Shown piece by piece: positions 49,953 through 59,821 of a stretch of DNA of 64,000 bases. How positions within the stretch are numbered: the first letter of the stretch is position 1; every line of letters starts with the position of its first letter. Origin of the DNA: Hemiscyllium ocellatum. Taxonomy: Eukaryota. Made by a program: the position numbers and the translations under genes. The stretch is taken from positions 15,838,496 through 15,902,495 of the forward strand of contig NC_083431.1 in the NCBI RefSeq assembly GCF_020745735.1, read 5' to 3'. Below the pieces are notes generated by a model that searched no databases, was not told the origin of the DNA, and saw nothing but the letters and a program-made list of their open reading frames with translations.

Positions 49953-50121
49953 TGTTATTGGTCTGGTGGGTGGTGACCAGTTGCCCACCAAAAGCTCCAT
50001 TCATACACAGCCCTTGGCTTAGGCTCATCTGCAACTAGACTTCCCTACTACTTGAACAAACAGCAGTTTAAAATAGCACTTACAATGAGGGTCAAGCAGC
50101 TTGCTTTAAAAAGAAGTGCAG
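49953..50121. repeat. Unclassified dispersed repeat, copy 2
   Basis: Direct repeat of 51123-51311 with an internal deletion between two gttg motifs. Confidence 0.85.
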
Positions 50122-50178
50122 TCTTTCTTTCCAAGTGCAGTTTTAAAAACTGTTCTTTTCCTATTTCAGTCCACAATT

Positions 50179-51100
50179 AGAGTCATAGAGATGTACAACG
50201 TGGAAACAAACCCTTCAGTCCAACCCATACATGCCGACCAGATATCCCAACCCAATCTAGTCCCACATGTCAGCACCCAGCCCATATCCCTCCAAACCCT
50301 TCCTATTCATATACCCATCCAAATGCCCCTTAAATGTTGCAATTGTACCATCCTCCTCCACATCCTCTGGCAGCTCACTCCACACCCGTACCACCCTCTG
50401 TGTGAAAAAATTGCCCTTTAGTTGTCTTTTATATCTTTCCCCTCTCACCCTAAACCTATGTCCTCTAATTCTGGACTCCCCCACCCCAGGCAAAAGACTT
50501 TGCCTATTTACCCTATCCATGGCCCTCATAATTTTGAAACCTCTACAAGGTCACCCCTCAACCTCCGATGCTCCAGGGAAAACAGTCCCAGCCTGTTCAG
50601 CCTCTCCCTGTAGCTCAAATCCCCAACCCTGGCAACATCCTTGTAAATCTTTTCTGAACCCATTCCACTTTCACAACATCTTTCTGATAGGAAGGAGACC
50701 AGAATTGCACACAATATTCCTACAGTGGCCTAACCAATTTCCTGTACAACCGCAACATGACCTCCCAACTCCTGTGCTCAATACTCTGACCAATAAAGGA
50801 AAGCATACCAAACACCGCCTTCACTATCCTATCTACCTGCGACTCCACTTTCAAGGAGCTATGAACCTGCACTCCAAGGTCTCTTTGTTCAGCAACACTC
50901 CCTAGGACCTTACCATTAAGTGTATAAGTCTTGCTAAGATCTGAATTAAACTCCATCTGCCACTTCTCAGCCCATTGGCCCATCTGGTCAAGAACCTGTT
51001 GTAACCTGAGGTAACCCTCTTCGCTGACCGCTACACCTCCAATTTTGATGTCACCCGCAAACTTACTAACTGTACCTCTTATGCTCGCATCAAAATCATT
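50179..51100 (-). mobile_element. HER1-type CR1 LINE, 5'-truncated
   Basis: KFAGDIKIGG..LQQVLDQMGQWAEKWQ.., GNFFTQRVVRVW; tail. Confidence 0.95.
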
Positions 51101-51104
51101 TATT

Positions 51105-51311
51105 GATATTGTTATTGCTATTGTTGTTATTGGCCTGGTGGGTGGTGCCCAGTTGTCCATCAGGTACCTGTTGCCCACCAAAAGCTCCATTCATACACAC
51201 CCCTTGGCTCAGGCTCATCTGCAACTAGACTTCCCCACTGCTTGAACAAACAGCAGTTTAAAATAGCACTTACAATGAGGGTCGAGCAGCTTGCTTTAAA
51301 AAGAAGTGCAG
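51105..51311. repeat. Unclassified dispersed repeat, copy 3
   Basis: Matches copies 1 and 2. Confidence 0.85.
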
Positions 51312-51750
51312 TATTTCTAATTGAAATTACAGAGAAAAAAAATACAGTATTTACAGCCTATCCTCAGGACCCCAGAAAACAGATTCTGCATTACTTTTTA
51401 AAATTGTTTACTTGTAAATGTGGTAACCAATTTAAACACAACAAAGTCTCAAAAACGGAAAATCAAAAAAAATTACAAGTTGAAATAATAGAATATGCTG
51501 GAAAAACAAAAGTCAAATTCTGCCTATGATGGAAATCTGAAATAAAGAGAGAAAATGCAGGAAATAAGACACGTATCTATGGATCAATAGAGCTAACATT
51601 TGAGCTAATATTCAGCAAAGTTGAAATAGATTTGAAATGTTTATGGTTTTTCTCTCCACAGATCTGCCAGACCTGCTGAATAGCTCCAGCATTTTCTATT
51701 CTTATTTTAGGCCAATGTGTATTTTGGTCATGTTGATTGAGAAGAATATT

Positions 51751-52132
51751 GGGGCTGAAAATGTGTTGCTGGAAAAGCACAGCAGGTCAGGCAGCATCCA
51801 AGGAGCAGGAAATTCGACGTTTCGTGCACAAGCCCTTCATCAGGAATGAGGAAAGTGTGTCCAGCAGGCTAAGATAAAATAAAAGGTAGGGAGGAGGGAC
51901 TTGGGGGAGGGGGCGATGGAGATGTGATAGCTGGAAGGAGGTCAAGGTGAGGGTGATAGGCCGGACTGGGGTGGGGTGAGATTGCTGGACACACTTTCCT
52001 CATTCCTGATGAAGGGCTTGAGCCCAAAACGTCGAATTTCCTGTTCCTTGAATGCTGCCTGACCTGCTGCGCTTTTCCTGCAACACATTTTCAGCCCTGA
52101 TACTCCAGCATCTGCAGACCTCACTTTCTCCC
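51751..52132. mobile_element. Fold-back Penelope-like element (family A) with two opposed hammerhead motifs
   Basis: 115-bp inverted arms (51752-51866 / 51983-52097, 7 mismatches); 13-bp TSD tgagaagaatatt at 51738-51750 and 52133-52145. Confidence 0.9.
51812..51847 (-). ncRNA. Minimal type-I hammerhead ribozyme, best-preserved copy
   Basis: AUUC-CUGAUGA-AGGGC-UUGU-GCAC-GAAA-C-GUC-GAAU: intact core, ACGU palindrome, GUC site, 4-bp stem I, one stem II mismatch. Confidence 0.7.
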
Positions 52133-52629
52133 TGAGAAGAATATTAGTCAGGTTACTAAGAAATTGTGTGTTCCGGAAAGAAAGATTGGCACCTATATAA
52201 CACATTCCACAACCATCAGACATTCCAGAGCACTTTACAACTAATGAAGCCATCTAAAAAGTGTAGTAGCTATAGTAATATTGGCCAGTATGCACACAAG
52301 CTCTCACAAGCAAGAATGTGAGAATGATTTAATTTTCTATTATGGGATGTGTCATCACTATTGTTGTTCATCCCCACCTACCCTTGGATTGTGGCTAGCA
52401 GACTACCTGCAGGTCTGGAATCACAGAGGCCAGAGTTGGTAAGAACGACCGTGAAGCAGATAAAGTTTTACAGCAGCTGATGATAGTTTCCTAACACTAG
52501 TTTGCAACTCCTGATTTTTCAATGGAATTAATTAATATAATTTGACTTTAACCAAGGTGGAATTCAAACCTAAGGATTAGCCTCAACCTGATAAATCCGG
52601 TGACATTACTGTTAAATCACAGCCTCCCC

Positions 52630-52760
52630 ACTTCATCAGGAAGGGCTTATGCCTGAAACGTTGATTCTCCTGGTCCTCAAATGCTGCCTGACTGGCTGTG
52701 CTATTCCAGCACCACAATCTTCGACCCTGATCTCCAGCATCTGCAGTGCTCAATTTCTCC
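52630..52760 (+). mobile_element. Penelope-like terminus (family A) with inverted junction
   Basis: cttcatcagga joined to agggcttatgcctgaaacgttg; CTGATGA is present only inverted. Confidence 0.75.
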
Positions 52761-53159
52761 AAATAACAGTGCTATGCTCTGAGTAGTGCACCAGCAAGGA
52801 GGGTCAGTCTCCACTCCAATTCTGGATGGTACTTGAACCCTGACACTTCAGACTGAGTCACAAGACCTTATTTTTAGTAGTTCATGGGATGTGGGCACCA
52901 TTGTTTTGACCTGCATCTATTTTCATTTCGGTGAATCTGGAGTCACAAGAGGCAGCAATTTCCTTCTTTAAAAGGACATTATTCAACTACATTTTCCCCA
53001 AGAATCGACAGTCATCATTAGACATTTAATTTCAGACTCAAACTTGGGTTTCTGCATTAATAGTCCAGTGGGAATATCATTAGGCTATTACTTCCACTGT
53101 TAAAGAATCTTTAAACAGCCACCTGAACAGGAAAACAGGCAGCTCATGGTAGGGCCCAG

Positions 53160-53870
53160 GGTAGTGTTGTTGAACATAGAGACTTAGGGACCTAGTTTTT
53201 TGAAAGTTGTGTCACAAGTAGACAGGGTGGTTGAGAAGTTGCTTAGCACACTTGCTTTTATTGCTCAGATCATTGAGTATAAGAGTTGGGACATCATGCT
53301 GAGATCATACAGGACATTGGTGAGGCTACTTTTGGAATACTGTATTCGTGTCTGCTCGCCCTATAGGAAAAATATTATTAAATTGAAAATATTCAGAAAA
53401 GATTTACGAGGATGTTGCCAGGAATAAAGGGTTTGAGTTATAGGGAGAGACTGGGACTTTTGCACTGGGGTGTAGAAGGTTGAGGGGTGAATTTATAAAG
53501 GTTTATAAAATCATGAGGGGCAATGGATAAGGTGAACAGCAACGGTCTTTTCCTATGGTGCAGGAGTTGAAAACTAAGGTGGCTTATTTTTTAGGTGAGA
53601 GAGGAATGATTTAAAAGGGACCTGAGGGGCAACTTTTTCCACACAGAGGGATGTTTGTGTGTGGAATGAACTGACAGATGAAGTAGTGGATGTAGGTACA
53701 GCTACAATATTTTTTAAAAATGTGGACAGGTACGTGAATAAGAAAGGTTGGAAGGGAAATGGGTCAAACGTACGGGAAAGGGGACAAGTTTAGTTTGGGA
53801 AACCTGATCAGCGTAGAGTTGGACCGAAGGGCATTTCCGTGCTGCTTGACTCTATAACAGACAGGATCAG
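53160..53870 (+). mobile_element. Degenerate HER1-type CR1
   Basis: LVRLLLEYC.. ORF 53200-53427; tail to ctctataac. Confidence 0.85.
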
Positions 53871-53915
53871 CCTCATTGTAAATGCTTCATCTACTAGCAT
53901 CAATGAACCAGGTAC

Positions 53916-53982
53916 CACACTCGGTGCAGAACAAATCCAATTCCAACGTGAGCAGCTCCTCGTCACTCAGCTCCGGCTGCAT
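53916..53982 (-). CDS. EXO5: Exonuclease V, exon 1
   Basis: MQPELSDEELLTLELDLFCTEC G|gtacct; resembles human DLSDSEFLEFLDL; phase 1 fits exon 2. Confidence 0.7.
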
Positions 53983-54560
53983 CGCTCCAATCGACTTCCG
54001 GCACGGCGTTTTGTCCGTCCACCTCAACCGTCCCCCTCCCTGCCTGTGATTGTCCGTCCACCTCAACCGTCCCTCCAGTGCCGTCGAAACTCACGCCGAA
54101 GGTCAGTTCCGCTTCGAAGTTCACACTTCAGGCGCACTTTAACTATTGTTAGATTCCAAAACCCATAACGCTCCTCATTGCTTTCGCCACCTCTCCTCCC
54201 GCCAAGCACGGCTGAGAACGCCACGACTTTGAAACCTGGAATGGAAAACCAGAGAGCCGACAGGGGCATTTTACAGCCGCAGCCGGACGGAGCTCAGGCT
54301 GGGCCGGCCGCGGAATGATACATGAATCAAAAAGATGAGTCGGGGGGGAACGGCGAAGAGAAATAGAGTCACAGCCATAGTATGTTGTTAGCTGGAAATC
54401 CCTGAAGGATCCCTGATCATTTGAGCTTGATTTTTGAATGGCATTGTTGTTATTGTCACGGGGACTATGTTCCGAGGCGGATTTGTCAAGGAAAAGGGAA
54501 GAGGCGTCTCCATGGTGACGAGTCGTTGGGAGTCCGGGGTGGCTAAAACATAGCAGCCTG
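53983..54560. promoter_or_regulatory. CpG-rich bidirectional promoter (EXO5 / LIAT1)
   Basis: CpG retention well above background; ETS site ACTTCCGG at 53994-54001; divergent ATGs at 53982 and 55045. Confidence 0.7.
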
Positions 54561-55044
54561 CAGTCTGAATAGATAGGGTCGGTAACTTTAAATAGAGTGA
54601 GAGAGATCGAAATAATTTAACTTTGGGAAAAGAATGCGAAAATTAATAATAAGAAAATTTGATAGATTAAACAAGAGGCGGTTGGAATAAGCATGAAGTA
54701 CAGGCTAGGGGTCTGTTTGTTGTAGTTGAGAGCAGTTGCTACAAATCAAAGGATATACTATGTAATTTTTTTAAAAAAAACTACTTTAACGATGAATAAA
54801 TGGAGGGAATGACTACAAATTAAAATTTTGGGCAGTTTAAAAGAGGAGGAAAGCTAGTTTCTTACTTAAAATGTGCCTTTGAGACCTAAGGATTAGTGCA
54901 TCCAAATGTTCTTTTGAAAATCCTTACCTGAATGAAACGGGTCAATAATATTACGGAAATGAAACAAAAGATTCTCTGACAAAAAAAAATTAAAAGGAAA
55001 AGGGGAAATTAATAAAATTGCAAATTGAGCAAGGTTAACTAGTA

Positions 55045-55216
55045 ATGGAGGACAAAATATCAGCCAGCAAATGTAAGATGAAATCAATGGCAAATTTAAG
55101 TGTTGAGTCAGCAGAAAAGAAGAAAAAGAAGACGAGAGACAAGGCAAAGAAGAAATCCTCTAAGACAAGAAGAAATTCTTCAAGTACCCCATCGACTTCA
55201 GATGAGACCGTTCTGG
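55045..55216 (+). CDS. LIAT1: LIAT1 (C17orf97), first coding exon
   Basis: Lys-rich EKKKKKTRDKAKKK; donor ctgg|gtaagg, phase 1 fits exon 2. Confidence 0.75.
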
Positions 55217-56139
55217 GTAAGGCACATATCAAACTTGGATTATTAAAATCTATGATTGTGAAATGTATACATTGCCTTTAGTAAAGGTAACCACAGAAAG
55301 CTGCAAGAAAAATGACTGGTCTGTCAGCACCTGTGATGACAGGAGACAGCATTTTGGTCTTGTGCACTTATTCATGAATATAGAAATATACTGGTATCAG
55401 AAAGTTGATTGGAGGGAGCAAAACTGTAGATATAAAAACACAACACAAAGAGGACATGCCGCGGGAATGATCTATTGGGTGATTAACCAAATTAAATGCT
55501 TTTTTAAAAAAATGAATAGCTCCATAGGAAGTCTAAAGAAAGGGGTGGAAATTGGAGAGTTGAAAAATTTGGTAAAGGTTTGAAATAAGATGTAAACTGT
55601 GGGCTACTAAACCTTAAAATGATATAGAACAGATCATCAGGGTAAGATACAGCCTTCCTAAATGTTGTTATAAATCACCCATCACTAGGATACCCCCACA
55701 TCATTCCTACACATCGAAATTATTTTCTGATGAAGGGCCTGAATTCAGCAAAAGTACGAATTCATCTTGCATCCAATCTGCTTTTGTTTTCAGTTTTGCT
55801 TTAATATCTTGCTAATATGGATTTATCCTCCATGTTCTTTTATCCTAGCACTGTTTTAATGACCTAAACATAAATAAAGAGGAATAAGAACAGTAAGTGC
55901 TTGAAGAAGAGTCCAGAGGAGAGTCATATTGGAGTTGAATTGTTAACTTTGTTGCCATTTCCACAGATGCTACCAGACCTGCTGAGTTTCTCCTGCACCT
56001 TCTCTTTTAATTACAGATCTCCAGCATGTATAATACTTTACTTTTCTAAGAAGCTAAGAGTTCATGTTTTACTCCCTTGCTGGTGGAAGCTCTACATCAC
56101 AGAGTGATAGAATAGTATAGTATAGAAGGAGACTGTGAC

Positions 56140-56520
56140 ATGGTGTTCATGTGACTGGTCTATTAATGTAACAACCAAGGTTAATGCTATGGTAATACAG
56201 GTTCAAATCCCAGTATAGTAGCTGATGGAATTTAAATTGAACCAATAAATCTGAAATTGAAAGCTAGTCTCATTGATGGCAACTATGAAAACTATCATTG
56301 ACTTTCATAAAAATCTGAATGGTTCATTAATGTCCTGAGAGTGAGGGAAGTCTGCCTTTCTTGCCTAATATGGCCCCTGTAATTGACTCCTGGTGTTGGG
56401 CATTGTGGTTGATTCTAAATTACTGTTTGAAGTGGCACGAGCAAGCAACTCCATTCAGGTGAATTAGGGATGGTTAACAAATGCTGGTCTTGTCAATGAT
56501 GTACTTGTCCCATAAATGAA
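56140..56520 (+). mobile_element. tRNA-derived SINE, second family
   Basis: Homologous to 5595-6060. Confidence 0.65.
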
Positions 56521-56529
56521 GTTTCCACC

Positions 56530-56960
56530 AGCTCTTTTGAAGAACTCTCCTGCGTTTTTTTTCCATGTCCCTGAATTTTTTTTCTCCATCAATAATTTAT
56601 CCAATTTCTAGGAAATTGAATCTGTTCCCATCAACTGATCAAGCAAAACAATCCAAATTCTAACTACTCGTAATATGTAAAAGCTTATCCTTTTTTGCTA
56701 CCTCTTTTACCAGTCACCTTAAATTTATGCTCTGTTGTTGTCATCCTTTCAACCATTCACAAGAATTTTCTTTTTTCATTTATCTAAAGCCTTCATTACT
56801 TTCTCCATTGTAAAGAGAACAACCTCAGTTTCTCCAGTTTATCCGCACAACTGTGATTCCTCATCCTTGGAAGCAATCTGGTCAATTTCTTCTGTATCCG
56901 CTCAAAAGCATTCAATCTTTTGCAGCCATAGAAGTATGGTATTTAACAATTGCAAGATAT
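56530..56960 (-). mobile_element. Degenerate CR1 3' fragment
   Basis: accttaaatttatgctctg..tttatctaaagccttcatt..taaagagaacaacctcag pattern. Confidence 0.55.
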
Positions 56961-58217
56961 GGATTTTTTTGACTGCAGTCAACTTCATAGTAAAGTTTGT
57001 CACTTGTTCTGGCATTATAACAGTAAATGCATTTGAGTTGTATTGCAAACAAATTGCTAACTGTAAACCCGATTTACTTTCATGCATTCTTCAAGATGCT
57101 GGACAAAAGAACCATCTTTAAAAGTCTCAAAAAGCCTCAAGAGTGTTCATTTAAAGATAATTTACCTTCATTTATATCATTCTCCATGGAGAAATAGGGC
57201 AATGGCAGTGAATATACATAAATGTATGTGGACTGTTTCCCATTTACTATTTTGTACCAGAGCTGGAAGTTTGGTGTGGAAAGCTACCTAAAGCTCAGTG
57301 GAGTTCAGATTTATTCTGAATCCATGCAATCTATTCAATCAAACCTTACTTGCCTCTCATTACTGAATAATTAAAGCAGCATCACATGTCAAAACATTAT
57401 TATAATAGGAATTTAGTACTGCCAAATTCTTATGATAGGGGTTACATTATTGCAGATTGCATGGATTCCAGTAGATGGCATCCTGTGACTACAAGTTGTA
57501 ACAGAGCAGGCATGAGTGGATGCCTGGAATAGTATTGCTTAATCCTAATGTGAATTCTCCTCTTACTGAGTTACAGAATAAATAGATATCTGGGAATGAT
57601 GTAGATTATTTACAGAATCACAGGGTTCATGTGGCACCACATGCTGAAATGTTTTGTAAATGGTAGCTGAAGCACCAGACTGCTAACTTGCTCCAAATCT
57701 GAGTTACGTTTTATTATTGTTACAAATTAGCTGTTTTATTATGAGTGCAGAGTAAAACTTCATGGCAGCCACTCCTGCAAATGTTTCATGTCAGTAAATT
57801 CACAGTATAAGAAGAGCAACTTGGGGCAATTATCAATTACTCAAAAGGGAATTGAAATAGCCATTCTTCCATACTTTCTTTTAAATAATTCAGGGTGGTA
57901 TTGGCAGACACCCTAAGCAGATTGCATATTTACATTCCCATCAGGATATGGAAAAGATATTTTGTAATCTGGAGAGAAATCAAGGAAGCGATTATAGCTA
58001 AAGAGATAAATGACAGTACAATAGTCAAACCTCATAATGCAGTGATATTTAGTTGAACAAAAATACCAAGTGGCAGACTCATCTAGTGATTCAGCTCTCT
58101 TTTTCTGATCTCAGTGAGACGGGAGTCATGCAACGGTTCACTAGGCAAAAGCTAAATGTTAAGCAAGCATAAACTGTTGAGCAGATATAATACTCCATAT
58201 CACCATCAAATGGACAG

Positions 58218-58301
58218 TCTCTCTCTCTCTTTCTTTCTTTCTCTCTGTCTCTCTCTGTCTCTCTCTGTCTCTCTCTGTCTCTCTCTGTCTCTCTCTCTCC
58301 C
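58218..58301. repeat. Compound CT microsatellite with (CTCTCTGTCT)5
   Basis: Direct reading. Confidence 0.9.
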
Positions 58302-58669
58302 TGAGACTGTTGAGTTAAGTAAAGCGATAGTGATATTGCAAAACAATTCTAATTCTTTCAATGATAATGAATCTTGAATCCCGAACAAGTTGTACTTCCA
58401 TGCCACGGCAGTCTGAGTTGCTGTAATCTACCTCCAATAAACTGCCTAAAAAAAACCAGAAAAACTGGAGCAGGAATCACACCTCAATTTCTAATTAAGG
58501 ACTTTTCAGCCTTCTGGACTCATAAGTTCAATAACTTCAGACCGTGAACTCTTTCCTCCATTTTGATTTTGTTTTTTGCTGTGTATCTATATCTTGTTTG
58601 CATGTTTTTGCTTTCAATCAAAGCTGACAAAATTTGCTATTAACACCAATTATGGAATAATGCTTTTGA

Positions 58670-59205
58670 CCATAAGACATAGGAGTGGAAGTAAGGCCAT
58701 TCGGCCCATTGAGTCCACTCCGCCATTCAATCATGGCTGATGGGCATTTCAACTCCACTTACCAGCATTCTCCCCGTAGCCCTTAATTCCTTGTGACATC
58801 AAGAATTTATCAATCTCTGCCTTGAAGACATTTAGCATCCCTGCCTCCACTGCACTCTGCGGCAATGAATTCCACAGGCCCACCACTCTCTGGATGAAGA
58901 AATATCTCCACATTTCTGTTCTGAATTGACCCCCTCTAATTCTAAAGCTGTGTCCACGGGTCCTAGTTTCCTTGCCTAACGGAAACAATTTCCTGGCGTC
59001 CACCCTTTCCAAGCCATGTATTACCTTGTAAGTTTTTATTAAATCTCCCCTTTATCTTCTAAACTCCAATGAATACAATCCAGGATCCTCAGCCGTTCCT
59101 CGTATGTTAGACCTACCATTTCACGGATCATCCGTGTGAATCTCCGCTGGACACGCTCCACTGCCAGTATGTCCTTCCTGAGGTCTGGGGACCAAAACTG
59201 GGCTT
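58670..59205 (-). mobile_element. CR1 3' end, same subfamily as 295-620
   Basis: RTRGHSFRIRGGQFRTEM..FFIQRVVGLWNSLP; tail. Confidence 0.9.
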
Positions 59206-59335
59206 TGATTCTTCATTACAATTATTACCATTCTTGTTTGCCCTTTGTTCCTCAATAATTTTGATCTCTAATCCTCCACCCCGTCTAATTATTTTAAAAC
59301 TGACTAAAATCTTCAAGTAAGCTGTCTCTTTATAA

Positions 59336-59821
<486 letters not shown>

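Noticed and set aside
55725-55745. CTGATGAAGGGCCTGAA hammerhead-like fragment
   Set aside because: No stem II partner, GAAA or family-A flanks.
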